This document shows positions 26,601 through 35,012 of a DNA stretch of 40,472 bases, piece by piece. Source of the DNA: a virus (Duplodnaviria; Caudoviricetes); IMG/VR virus record IMGVR_UViG_3300020044_003857, positions 1-40,472 of that record; one strand, written 5' to 3'. Numbering within the stretch: position 1 is the stretch's first letter; every line of letters starts with the position of its first letter. Under the pieces are notes generated by a model. That model was not told the origin of the DNA. It made no database searches and saw only the letters and a program-made list of their open reading frames with translations. Both the position numbers and the translations under genes were made by a program.

Positions 26601-27056
26601 CAGAGCCAAAGCAACATCGGGAGCGAGTTCACCGACCTTCTCAATAAAAATAGAAGGATTGCTTCCGTACTGCTTAAAGACTTCCCCTACTTGGGGGAGG
26701 ATGCCCTGCTTTCCCGCTTCTTCAACCGCCTGATCTATGGTAGCCCGTTGATAAGTAGAAGTAGGGGTTCTTAATTTACCCGCGTATTCTTGAAGATTCT
26801 TTACAGTACCCGCAAGCGGCGGGTTTTCGTAGTCACCAGTAACTACGCTATAAAGATTGGGAATAACACTCAACGTACTAGCAATTCCGCTAGTAAGTGT
26901 CGCCCCAGTCCTAGTACCAATATCCCCGATTTCAGCCGGTAGCTGCCCTTGCGCTACAAGCTTTCCAACAATGGCTCGTTTTGCTTGAGCGACGGGAACG
27001 TCATCAGGAATGTTTCTGATTACATCGCCGTTGGGAAGTGGCAGATCATAGGGCAT
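20688..27056 (-). CDS. Large polyvalent internal virion/ejection protein (2122 aa)
   Basis: Ala/Gly-rich N-terminus, EAPVE linker, zincin HEAVH at 24063-24077, LPD38-like C-terminal region; located at the end of the ejection-gene block. Confidence 0.8.
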   Translation of the reverse strand: MPYDLPLPNGDVIRNIPDDVPVAQAKRAIVGKLVAQGQLPAEIGDIGTRTGATLTSGIASTLSVIPNLYSVVTGDYENPPLAGTVKNLQEYAGKLRTPTSTYQRATIDQAVEEAGKQGILPQVGEVFKQYGSNPSIFIEKVGELAPDVALALLTGGATAYATFVGKLGLGAVGKQAAKEGAEAAARTAAAKASAQKVGTNVALGQGAIQEGASSGKETYDEVFKNEFTKLVKSGVPEAEAKAQAQKTALTRARAVAGATAGVTFGASKVLPGIEKTIFGGAPAGRAKSAATTGLGEAAGETAGATTGQVGQNIAAEAPLTRNVGRTIGESTALGGGAGAVAGAVFPGRAGPAAEGLEAEVNRIIPQGGAPEEGVDETTARPTIQPRPAPKPGETLAKTGLITPEEGSDVDRVTAIKDFLDKAEQDAAGIRPSAPLDGRDQSSVAVAGGPTGMPGASAVETPASAGMAQPVSDVAVSPTGEGTKFGSLNAFPIPVLRPRRGADGGVAKDESGNAIWGETASPVVNYYDRYITVVDVNGQRVPFYLSSGQAGKKGVEAGKWYPIFGIGEDGWINKGSEQQIASYYGVPEFKEAAQELDRTLGDMRGRSDVPIVNEEYAQTLNFINEGLTPSTRADSANGAMGARSLIDKIIAARAPEQQASDAFAQAFEGKGVIQEQPAAKVEEAPEVKAEAPVEPAPEVKTEEAPVVEEKAPVAEEKVEPTPEVKVEAPVEPAPIKPKRETKAQRIEREQRESDEALKTFSIPRSAPSAGSQEVAKSARGVNLNQVPELDLDYYRATRKLNDVMSKPGSQRTVEEQAIHAYAAGVQKVNPSATIKDVFRYLAYELAQPSSVGAKQKKLSKSARVYVEKALGPDATKKLNEAVGKVKENVAAADKAAGRLTSDAGLEARRGEEREVKPETELNLQEMLKGVSESYEGTRSGGKAVRGAIAELLSGIGTPPRVVFGKVEDGRAGKFDPKTNTITLDKDKVTEDVLLHEAVHAYIDHAIDNPGKLNANQKRALEELKALHKLAVDKFGADFDIGPLKEFAAEVMSNPELQAQMRQVKVPTKPFTFLGSFARTVAKLLNIPIAEQNSLFLRSVSEIESLLSTPTAKVKGKEVSYAPEKKARTFRIAGKDIEIGRPVREPKKLSKRQEGLQKKKEKLAAEKQAAISNVINLTEGKTGLVIRKLADSRRIVTDLEYKLAQAGKLVFDTADKAFNAVDSALTASSGRTTFLVMDRVKPLQDLQYKIVDAIAKREGSDVKQVFDSLNSYFTVLHEPERRLDKFIRTVSLEPHNEVRRYNIREALSKDNKLSVKEARKLYDEWVELVRDDRVAQEKDISSDEFSVTGMKDKNGVDGRLSSEEAANILGQFKDQFKEDPELAKLYKLAEKTQQELNKVTIDLNRKANYGSQGLQNLINARGWKHYVPFRGAPESEKSDEASNYYDVTNVSGEMAQVEKATQGRISAPENVLLRSFAESVKAAARVPQGDVTKAVYNLVKNGQVEGDIKTISYQDRVLKDANPPREDNVIYHYADNGDLHAIEIKNTKLATSIRGTYTKLHPFVEGVLSASSTATRLQGSFMTRYNPSWWPVGFFYDVITNWFNISADSPVAGAKYIGRMAYDVVATKGFAKSARLAHLYNTGRIDEIRKLAEKPGSWYADALEWLEQGGKISFSSGFSSKSQLEQLESRLSRNPLTVSGRAIDDVIGLITDSLDITTRVAAYRVFKAQGLPPNKAAVNSKELANFERSGDWGRGLGAAYTFFRPSAIGATRAIDSITRGKYGKQTAVFAAGLGASLFFLTRELSDDDEEGRNRVQEDDGDRSVRRLRIYIPGMENPVQIPWSYGIGGFAAVGYQAAKAASGSQTWLEYVNNTQKILRESFLPLPVSQIDPLKSVKNFASFLVDSILPSTLRPIGQTAFNMNSLEMPIFREGPSRYAQAYVTGRDIPDWIEDFTKDMYRKYEVDLSPRFVHHILSNYVSGLSGVMSDVDGLIRTAKGDKELTARDIPGVKGFIGTEASKDNKRFQEFSTEMKRIENAVNTFKKRDPEVYAQYLEKNPGHESAVKYYNNAVKNRLDPLYKESNFIRSPKSGLNERARKERLDDNRIRQKQAMRSIMEESQWMLAD

Positions 27057-27065
27057 ATATGACTC

Positions 27066-29021
27066 TTAAGGCTGTTTCAACCAATTTTCCCAGTCTTTCG
27101 CCGAGGGCGTAGCCGGTTTAGGGGCAGCGGGAGTAGGGGGAGTAGCAGACGGCGCTCCAGTAGGGGCGGGGCCAATCAGTGATCGTGCCGCTTCCTCCAA
27201 GTAGTCTTCTTTCGCTTGTACAAGCGCATCATCCATAGACATGCCGGGATTTGTTTTTCTTAGTCTAGCCGCCCGAGGGTAAAGAGGCGATTCATCCTGC
27301 ATGAGTCTTGCCACTACATCATCATACTTCTTCTGATCGGCGGCACCACCCCTTGCGCCCACTGCGTCCCTACGCGCAGCATTCATCCTAGCAACATCAA
27401 GCCTTGTCTGGTTGATACCTATTTGACGCGCATCCCTACCTTCTTCCCTGCGATCAAGCCCCAGCATCATAGCTACCTGACGAAGGCCACCGATCTCAGT
27501 ATCGAAACTTCTCCCGGCTTCCCTGCGCTGGGAACGAATATCTTTAATAGTATCAGCCCTAGCTTTTTCCATGGCCTTAGCAATCTCATCGGCCTTTTCG
27601 TAGTTACCTTGAGAAAGCGCGAGGTTTTCTTTCTGGCCAAGATACTCAAGCTTCCTTTGGGCGTCTTCAAGCGAGGTAATTTTATCCAAGCTTTCACGAT
27701 AGGGCTTATTAGCAATATTCATTGCTGGCCCGACGCTCCCCAAAAGACCCCCAAGACCGCGTTGTCTAGAACCCCCTATTGTATTTAAGAAGTCCGTCCA
27801 GCGGCGATCTTTAGCTTCCTTAGCCAATGCCTCCCGATTAGGGGCCATAGCGGTACGAAGTTTAGCAAGCTCTTCTAAGTATGGCTTTTGCAGTTCTTGA
27901 CGGCGCTTATATTCCCTGTCGGTCATAGCGGCCCGCTCGGCTTCCGTCAAAGGAGCGGGAGACTGTCCGATATCCTCCATCGCCTTTTCATAGCGTTTTT
28001 TAACGGCGTCCTGCATTGCTATCAACTGATCCATACGGGACGGTGAGGCAGGTGCCTTCTCCGCTACTTGAGTCGCTGCGGTATTACCTGAACCTGTACT
28101 CGCAAAATCGCCGGAAGGCCGGGGCAAATTACCATCATTGTCCCGATACATATTACCTCGCGGACCGATACTACTGATACCACGGCGAGCTAATTCTATT
28201 GTGCTAGCTACTTTTTCCGGATATGCGCTATCCGTTGCATATCCCGCTGCTTTAATTTCCCTGCCGAATGCAGCGGGGTCATACATAGCCCCACGGGCTT
28301 TAGCATATTTAGGGCTGCTCATAAGCGACGCCCAATCTGACATAGATTCAGCAGGGCTGCTATACGACCTAAAATTGTCATTAACCGGAGTTAGCTTGCC
28401 ACCGATTTCTTCCATCGTGCGGGCGGGGGCAACAGCCCCCTTCCATCCCGCTCCGGGTTTGACACCAAACAAATTATTAGAAGTGGTACCGTCGGGATTG
28501 CGCGGCAAATTGCGACCCCATCCAGTTTCCAGACCCGCTTGTCCAAGAATAACGTGAGAAGGAATTCCGGTTTTCTGCGAAATTTCGCTAGCATAAGGAT
28601 ACATTCTAGCCACGAAATCCTGCACATTGGCAGGTAAGGGCGGCTCTTTCTTTTCCGTGCCTTCTACTTTTTCGCCTTCTTTAAACGAGACAATACCGCC
28701 TTCTGCGGCGCGGAACATATCATCCCTAACAGGCAAAGCACCGATACCAGCCATACTCTCGGAGCGTGGTTGAGGAGTCTCAGACTGGATCTTCTGTTTT
28801 ACCGCTTCTGCAATGCGGTCAACAATAGTCGTCGGCTGATTCGGGTTAGCATTGCCCTGCGCTTTAGCCTGACTCGCCTGAGCGTTAGCCTTTATGCCCG
28901 CTTGGTTCCGAAGTGCTAGTTCAATAGCACCGCGAGGAAACGGGCTGCGATCACCCATCGCTAGATACTTTTTAAGTAACTCTGTCGGGGCTGTAGTAAG
29001 CTCTTCAGGCGTCCTAAACAT
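27066..29021 (-). CDS. Internal virion protein with GH73 (FlgJ-like) peptidoglycan hydrolase domain
   Basis: QAGLETGWG, NNLFGVK, FRSY, GYATDSAY motifs; coiled-coil C-terminus. Confidence 0.85.
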   Translation of the reverse strand: MFRTPEELTTAPTELLKKYLAMGDRSPFPRGAIELALRNQAGIKANAQASQAKAQGNANPNQPTTIVDRIAEAVKQKIQSETPQPRSESMAGIGALPVRDDMFRAAEGGIVSFKEGEKVEGTEKKEPPLPANVQDFVARMYPYASEISQKTGIPSHVILGQAGLETGWGRNLPRNPDGTTSNNLFGVKPGAGWKGAVAPARTMEEIGGKLTPVNDNFRSYSSPAESMSDWASLMSSPKYAKARGAMYDPAAFGREIKAAGYATDSAYPEKVASTIELARRGISSIGPRGNMYRDNDGNLPRPSGDFASTGSGNTAATQVAEKAPASPSRMDQLIAMQDAVKKRYEKAMEDIGQSPAPLTEAERAAMTDREYKRRQELQKPYLEELAKLRTAMAPNREALAKEAKDRRWTDFLNTIGGSRQRGLGGLLGSVGPAMNIANKPYRESLDKITSLEDAQRKLEYLGQKENLALSQGNYEKADEIAKAMEKARADTIKDIRSQRREAGRSFDTEIGGLRQVAMMLGLDRREEGRDARQIGINQTRLDVARMNAARRDAVGARGGAADQKKYDDVVARLMQDESPLYPRAARLRKTNPGMSMDDALVQAKEDYLEEAARSLIGPAPTGAPSATPPTPAAPKPATPSAKDWENWLKQP

Positions 29022-29033
29022 ATCTATCTAACC

Positions 29034-30239
29034 TTACTTAAGAGCATTCTTGAGAAAGTCCAACCCACCAAGCTGGCCGAAAATATTAGCCGAAGCAGCT
29101 AGAGGATTAACAGGCTCATAATTTTGAGATTCTGTAACTGCGCTGTAGGCCGCAGGGGGCAAGGCGCTCATGATGCCCTTCTGGAAATTAAGATTCTCAT
29201 ACGGCTTTTGCTGCTGCATGAGGAATTCTTTGTAGGCGGCATCCAGCCCAGCTTGGTCAAGCGTCCGAGGCAAAGCACCAGCCTGCAATTGCGTACCCAA
29301 AATTCCTAACCCCGACTGATACCCCTGAAGGTTAGCTTGGTTCTGAGCGTACTGTTGTTGGAACGCAGCTTGGTTAGCAGCCTGATTAGCTTGATTCTGA
29401 GCGTACTGTTGCTGGAAATCAAACTGCCCAGCAGCTTGATTAGCTTGGTTCTGAGCTTGCTGAGTCTGCAAACCGAGTTGACCACCGGCAAGATTGGCTT
29501 GGTTTTGAGCCTGCTGTTGCTGAAAATTAAATTGACCGCCAGCAAGATTAGCTTGATTCTGAGCTTGTTGCGTCTGAAAGCCAAGGGCGTTTTCAGTATT
29601 AAACTGACCCATTCCAGCCCCGTAGGCACTCTGAAGACCCTTGGTCTGAATATCGTTCAGTAGTTGGGCGGTGTTCCGTTGCCTTTCAGCTTCGACAAGT
29701 CCATAACGTGAACCACCAAACGCCCCCACGCCCACGGCACCTGCCGCCTCTTTTTGAGCGTCAATGTCTGACTGCCTACGGGCCTCTCGCATCGCAATGT
29801 CTGTAACACCCTGCTGATAGGGCGACATATATTGCTGCATCCTATTAGGATCATTCCACGATTGCTGAGTGAACTGCGAGGGGTTATAGGACGCATTGAA
29901 CTGCGTCGGGTTGTACGTGTTCGAAAACTGCGTCTGGTCGTATGACGCATTAAACTGGGAGGGGGCAAACGAGGTATTAAACTGCGTCGGGTTATACGCT
30001 TGCAGGCTACCGATACCACCAAGGGCCTGTTGCTCAAGCCCACTAAGACCCGCTACTCGATATGGAGTAGTTTGCTGAGCTTGGGCAGCTTGTTCCGCCC
30101 CGTATTGCTGGTACGGGTTTTGTGCTAGTGCAGAGGCATTCTCCAATAGATCCGTTACATACGGCTCCATCGTAGAGGAGATGCCCCCCTGCGTGGTCTT
30201 GGTAAAATCTACTGGCTGTGCGGTTGAGTCGATTGCCAT
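29034..30239 (-). CDS. Gln/Ala-rich ejection (DNA pilot-like) protein
   Basis: YMSPYQQ, GAFGGSR motifs; QQxAQNQAN and xQFN repeats. Confidence 0.75.
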   Translation of the reverse strand: MAIDSTAQPVDFTKTTQGGISSTMEPYVTDLLENASALAQNPYQQYGAEQAAQAQQTTPYRVAGLSGLEQQALGGIGSLQAYNPTQFNTSFAPSQFNASYDQTQFSNTYNPTQFNASYNPSQFTQQSWNDPNRMQQYMSPYQQGVTDIAMREARRQSDIDAQKEAAGAVGVGAFGGSRYGLVEAERQRNTAQLLNDIQTKGLQSAYGAGMGQFNTENALGFQTQQAQNQANLAGGQFNFQQQQAQNQANLAGGQLGLQTQQAQNQANQAAGQFDFQQQYAQNQANQAANQAAFQQQYAQNQANLQGYQSGLGILGTQLQAGALPRTLDQAGLDAAYKEFLMQQQKPYENLNFQKGIMSALPPAAYSAVTESQNYEPVNPLAASANIFGQLGGLDFLKNALK

Positions 30240-30248
30240 GTCTGTTCC

Positions 30249-32045
30249 TTATACCGGAAGGTACTTCTCGGCCTTGATCTGCCGCCCCTGCCGGGGGTTG
30301 CCCGTGCGGGCATGGCGGATGCGATTCATCATGTCGTGGAGTTTCTTGGCACCGGCATTCGATGATCCGTTACCAATGTGGCTGACTACATCCGCAGGGA
30401 TTACAAACTCACCATCTGCAAGGCGAGCTTCCTGAACGCCATCAATATTGGCCTTAATATTATCACTCATACCATCACCGGGGCCACGCAAATATCTGCC
30501 GCCAGCCTTGTACTCATTACGGGGCAACCCTGAGATACCACCGCCAGCAGCGGCTTTATAAATACGCTCGCCGGTAGCAGTGCTGTAGTAGGTCTGAGTC
30601 TTGGGGTCCCACCGCCGCGCTCCGGGGCTAGGGCCTTTACCGCCTACAGGTTTAAGCTCGCCGCGACTAGAACCCCGAGTTGAGGCATAACCAAGACCAC
30701 CAGCAATAGCAAGCCTGAGAAGATCCTTCATCCAATTGGAATCAGTTGAAGTTGACGATCCGGGCGGCTTAGAATCTGAAGGCGGCTTGGAACCCGAAGG
30801 AGGCTTGGCTGAATCGGGCGTAGAAATATCGGGAGGTGGTTCGTTGTATTCCCAGTCTTTAAGGTCTTCCGCAGTTAACTGATCGGTATTGATACCGAGT
30901 TCGCCAAGTCCCCTTAGCGCAGCGGCGGATAACTCCTTAGACCCCGGAGGAAGTTTCGGAGCCGAAGGAGTGGACGGAGCAGAGGGGGCCGCATCGCTAG
31001 GCATATCTGGAAAATCCAACGTATTAGAAGGATCTGCCAAATTACTCGGTTCATAAGCGCCATCCGGCCCAAACAATTCGGAGTCGATTGAATCGTAGTA
31101 GTCCGTGGGGATATCGGGGGCTACGTCAGTGGGGATATCCGCTAGCTCAGCCGTATCTAGGCCGATATCACCTAAATCCGCATACTCATTTCCAAACCAA
31201 TCCGACCCGATATCGGGGGCCGCATCTGAAAGACTAGCGATTCCACCCGTACCGGATATAGTTGATCCAGCAGGGCCATAAATCCCACCAGCGGTGCCGG
31301 GAGTTAACGCTGTGTTAATTCCAAGTTCGCCAAGGGCAGCAAGTTCAGCAGCACCCGCAGCACCGCCATAAATCCCACCAGCGGTGCCGGGAGTTAACGC
31401 TGTGTTAATTCCAAGTTCGCCAAGGGCAGCAAGTTCAGCAGCACTACCCGCAGCACCAGCACCGCTACCCATTGCCCCAAGAGTGCCTAAGCCATAACCC
31501 AGAGTACCAAGTCCTACGATAGAAGAAACAAGAGGTCTAAGTTCTTCCCAAGGACCTCTTTGTCGATTAAATTTTTGGCTTACACTGCCGTCAGGGTTGT
31601 AGACATTAGTGTAATAACCACTAGCTTGAGCCTCTTCATTAAAAGCCCGCTCTGGTTCATTGACGTAAAACTCTCTGATAGATCCATCAGGGTCGCGGAT
31701 ATACCCCTTATCACCCTGATAAATTACGTTTTCTTCATAGGAATACGGGTCAACCTGCCCCGCCCCACCCGTACCGCCACCTTCCGAAGTGGGGTCGGAG
31801 TACCAACCACCGCCTGTAATAGTCGTCGGGCCTTGGGCAGTAATCAGGTCGTTAAGAGACTGATATGTGCTAGGCGTATTTGCAGGGGGCGTAGCGGGAG
31901 CCGGTTGCGGAGCCTGTTGGGGGGCTGGTTGTGGAGCAGGGGCGGTTTTTTGTGCCGCTGCCTGTTGTGCCGCTTCAGCCGCTTGTAACTCAGCAAGGTA
32001 ATCTTGCCAGCTTTGACCGTCGTAACTGCCTTCACCACCACCCAT
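30249..32045 (-). CDS. Low-complexity internal virion protein
   Basis: C-terminal GPGDGMSD.I.A...ARLADGEFVIPADVV..IGNGSS.AGA domain typical of podovirus internal proteins. Confidence 0.8.
   Translation of the reverse strand: MGGGEGSYDGQSWQDYLAELQAAEAAQQAAAQKTAPAPQPAPQQAPQPAPATPPANTPSTYQSLNDLITAQGPTTITGGGWYSDPTSEGGGTGGAGQVDPYSYEENVIYQGDKGYIRDPDGSIREFYVNEPERAFNEEAQASGYYTNVYNPDGSVSQKFNRQRGPWEELRPLVSSIVGLGTLGYGLGTLGAMGSGAGAAGSAAELAALGELGINTALTPGTAGGIYGGAAGAAELAALGELGINTALTPGTAGGIYGPAGSTISGTGGIASLSDAAPDIGSDWFGNEYADLGDIGLDTAELADIPTDVAPDIPTDYYDSIDSELFGPDGAYEPSNLADPSNTLDFPDMPSDAAPSAPSTPSAPKLPPGSKELSAAALRGLGELGINTDQLTAEDLKDWEYNEPPPDISTPDSAKPPSGSKPPSDSKPPGSSTSTDSNWMKDLLRLAIAGGLGYASTRGSSRGELKPVGGKGPSPGARRWDPKTQTYYSTATGERIYKAAAGGGISGLPRNEYKAGGRYLRGPGDGMSDNIKANIDGVQEARLADGEFVIPADVVSHIGNGSSNAGAKKLHDMMNRIRHARTGNPRQGRQIKAEKYLPV
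31275..31444. repeat. Perfect 80-bp direct repeat, 90-bp period (31275-31354, 31365-31444)
   Basis: Both copies encode AAELAALGELGINTALTPGTAGGIYG. Confidence 0.95.
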
Positions 32046-32062
32046 TTTTCACCTCTAAATAT

Positions 32063-32725
32063 TTACGGCAAAGCCGATACAAAACTAAGTGTAGCAATCA
32101 CGGACGCTGTTGAAGGCCGCACCGGACCAGTCTGCGCGTTAAAGTGCTGGAGACTTACAGAAACGTTAGTAGGTGCCCACAATATCTGAATATAGTCTTC
32201 AGCTTGTAGGGACAAAAAATAATTCCACCCAACGATACTATGTCCGCTAACGCCACCATGAGAATTAGGTACAGAGATAAACCCTGTAGACCCCGTAACG
32301 TCTGTAGCTGCGCCAACGCCGTTTCCTTGCCTAAGCCAAATGCTCGCGTCTTGTAACTGTGTATCCGTATTTACAAACTGGCCCGACCACTGCAAGTTGT
32401 AGATGCCGGGATTACTTACTTGGATCTTATTAGTTCCTACAACCGAAACACTATTAGCAAAGTCCGTTGTCTCAAACGCCATGAGCGTGGCAGTGTTAGC
32501 AGTGGCGGTCTGGTCAACGTAACTAGAAAACGCCCCGTAGGGAAATGACAGGAACTTACCCCCGCTAGTATCTAGCAGAGATGCAAAGATGTTATCTAGC
32601 CGTTCAAAGTACAGACGAAGGGCGTTATTTAGCTGATTCTGGTAAACATCATCCCACGATCTAGGCGGAGTGAGAAGCCTCGGAGCGAAGGTGCGCCCTA
32701 GCTTAGTTCTATCAATCGCTGCCAT
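32063..32725 (-). CDS. Virion structural protein (beta-sandwich C-terminus)
   Basis: N-terminal LNNALRLYF helix plus C1q/TNF-like GIYNLQWS region. Confidence 0.7.
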   Translation of the reverse strand: MAAIDRTKLGRTFAPRLLTPPRSWDDVYQNQLNNALRLYFERLDNIFASLLDTSGGKFLSFPYGAFSSYVDQTATANTATLMAFETTDFANSVSVVGTNKIQVSNPGIYNLQWSGQFVNTDTQLQDASIWLRQGNGVGAATDVTGSTGFISVPNSHGGVSGHSIVGWNYFLSLQAEDYIQILWAPTNVSVSLQHFNAQTGPVRPSTASVIATLSFVSALP

Positions 32726-32726
32726 C

Positions 32727-32939
32727 TTAAAACTCTACGCGGTAGGCAAACACGATTAACGCTCCGGCAGTGGTAGCCATTGCATCTCTCGCATCAGGTG
32801 TGTGGGTTTTTCGGTTCCTGTTGTCATATGCCTCTTTAGCTACACCAGCAGCTACAGCCAACAAAAGCGCATGCTCAGGTTTATCCAACGGAACCGCTGC
32901 AATAGCCATACCCACAAGGAAGTGCAGCAGCTTATCCAT
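32727..32939 (-). CDS. Small membrane protein (VanZ/YfiM-like pattern)
   Basis: MDKLLHF...KE.YD...D..AT..G with hydrophobic helices. Confidence 0.7.
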   Translation of the reverse strand: MDKLLHFLVGMAIAAVPLDKPEHALLLAVAAGVAKEAYDNRNRKTHTPDARDAMATTAGALIVFAYRVEF

Positions 32940-34819
32940 TAAGACTTTCTACCATCAGGGCGGATGTCAATACGGGGGTTTCCAAGCTGCCACTGTGACC
33001 CAAGGGTGTTACTTTCGATCCTGAAAGCCATTTGACGGCCACGGAACCGCAAGAAAACCTGTTTTGTATACTGCTCAACAGGACTTGTAACCGCTTGAAT
33101 GACTGACTCAGGAGACTCAGGTTTATAGGCCACACCGGGGTAGTCTCTCGGTTTAACAACGACTGTAACCTGCGGGGAATTTGACGTAGAACCACTAAAG
33201 GTCACATCAGGAATCATACGCCAACAGAAAGTCATCCTGTCGCCGTCACCGTCGAGGTCAAAATCCGCTGATTCGATGAATGCGTTAATAGCGACAGGGG
33301 TGCCTGTCGTATTGTCGTCGTTACCAGTTTCGTGGTAAAGAATGCGGCTGTCTTTAATTGCTATCGGGAACTGTCGAATACCACTGTCTAACCACGCAGT
33401 ACGTTCCATCGTGCCGTAGTACCAAGCACGATCAAGGTGATTAAAGATTACATAGCGATCTGGGGTAGCCGTAGTATTCGAAGCAGAGCAGTAGAACCAC
33501 CAAAGCTCAGTAAACCCCTCGTTTGTACCTGAGATAATCTGATCTTTTTGATCGAAATTGATGTCGTTAAAGATGTACGCCCGCAGGGCGCAGGGGAGCG
33601 TTTCAACCCGCCCGGAGTACATATAGAACTTATCCGCGCCCATCCAGTAGACGATATTGTTCGCTACCACCATAGAATGCGGGGACATAACGGACACGTT
33701 GTCAGCAAGCTGACTCAGATTAAATACGTAAGGCGGTCCGACATACTGCATGGAGTAGACAGACGAATCAGTAAATACAACAATCTCCTGCTTAGTGGAG
33801 ATGGCCGCGATAATTTTAGATCCTGAAGAAAGCCGAATGCTTCCCGCCTGATTAGTAATAGCAGGGGTCCACTGAAGCGGGTCTTCTTGGTCAGACCAGC
33901 GGATCAACAGGGGGTCAAGTGTAGAAGAGCCAATCTCATTCGTCCCAAATGCCAGCACAAACCTAGCCGTATCCGAGATAAGCAGTTCGTTTTGAAACAG
34001 CGGTACGTTAGAAGCGCCAGCAATACTGGAAAGCAATACGCCACGACTGCTGTAATTAGTGGGTAGATTGGAAGCATCCCAAAAATAGATAGCCCCACCG
34101 CGAGGACCGTAAAGCAGGTTCTGCCCGTAGTTATGTGCATTCCAAAGACGCAGTGGAACAGTCACACCTGTCGTAGAAGCTTGACCCCAACCAGAGTTAG
34201 GTGGAGGAAACGTCACCCCACCCCAAGTTCCAGTACCCCACCCGTTATATTGGGTAGCTTGAGCCTCCCCCACGGTAATCTGATACGCAGCGGATACAGA
34301 TGCCCCACCACCGGAACCAGAACCGGAAGGTGTAGTAGATACAACAATACTGTAGGTATTAGCGGTAAGGTAAGTAACCTGAAACTCTTTGTTCAGATCA
34401 CCAGCAGTAAGGCCGTTAAAACCAACAGCACCGGTAAAAGTGACAAAATCACCCGTAATAGCGCCATGAGCCGTGTGTGTAACAGTAACAGTAGTTGTAC
34501 CGTTAGTCGTAAAGGGGTTCGCTGCTAAAGTAGCAGTTGCCCGAAGGGGGGTGATGTCGTAGTAAGCGCCGGCATTCTCAACGTAGTATTTGAGATGGGT
34601 ACCGATACCGATGTTATTGAAACCCGAATTAGTCGTCCAGTTCCACATGGTACGGGCTGTACCAAGAAACGTATTAGACGACAGTGGAATCCAGCCGCCA
34701 ATTTTTTCGGGTTTGGCTGAACGGAACCGCACCTTATCGCAGATGTACCAAGTCCCTTCCGCAGCATAAGAAGTGGACTCTCGATTAACACCCGGATTAA
34801 AGACTAGCTTCTTAAGCAT
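32939..34819 (-). CDS. Tail tube/stabilisation protein (P22 gp10 / T7 gp12-like)
   Basis: 626-aa beta-rich protein; IRWSDQED; C-terminal R.RGRQ...W.LG..R.D..PDG motif. Confidence 0.75.
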   Translation of the reverse strand: MLKKLVFNPGVNRESTSYAAEGTWYICDKVRFRSAKPEKIGGWIPLSSNTFLGTARTMWNWTTNSGFNNIGIGTHLKYYVENAGAYYDITPLRATATLAANPFTTNGTTTVTVTHTAHGAITGDFVTFTGAVGFNGLTAGDLNKEFQVTYLTANTYSIVVSTTPSGSGSGGGASVSAAYQITVGEAQATQYNGWGTGTWGGVTFPPPNSGWGQASTTGVTVPLRLWNAHNYGQNLLYGPRGGAIYFWDASNLPTNYSSRGVLLSSIAGASNVPLFQNELLISDTARFVLAFGTNEIGSSTLDPLLIRWSDQEDPLQWTPAITNQAGSIRLSSGSKIIAAISTKQEIVVFTDSSVYSMQYVGPPYVFNLSQLADNVSVMSPHSMVVANNIVYWMGADKFYMYSGRVETLPCALRAYIFNDINFDQKDQIISGTNEGFTELWWFYCSASNTTATPDRYVIFNHLDRAWYYGTMERTAWLDSGIRQFPIAIKDSRILYHETGNDDNTTGTPVAINAFIESADFDLDGDGDRMTFCWRMIPDVTFSGSTSNSPQVTVVVKPRDYPGVAYKPESPESVIQAVTSPVEQYTKQVFLRFRGRQMAFRIESNTLGSQWQLGNPRIDIRPDGRKS

Positions 34820-34838
34820 AGCAGTTCCGAATCAGGAA

Positions 34839-35012
34839 TTACGCCTTTTTATCAGCGAAGAACACGCCGATGACACCAGAAAGAGCCAGACCAGCAGTAA
34901 TAATCGCCTCGGCTTGGGCGGCTCCGAGCGAAAGACCCAGCGCGGTCAGCATATAAACAAAGCCACGCCAAGTAGAGGCTTCAGCAAGGCGGGCAAGAAA
35001 ATAGTCTTTCAT
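34839..35012 (-). CDS. Putative holin (57 aa, absent from the ORF track)
   Basis: MKDYFLARLAEASTWRGFVYMLTALGLSLGAAQAEAIITAGLALSGVIGVFFADKKA; two hydrophobic segments; ATGA-coupled to the endolysin. Confidence 0.75.
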   Translation of the reverse strand: MKDYFLARLAEASTWRGFVYMLTALGLSLGAAQAEAIITAGLALSGVIGVFFADKKA

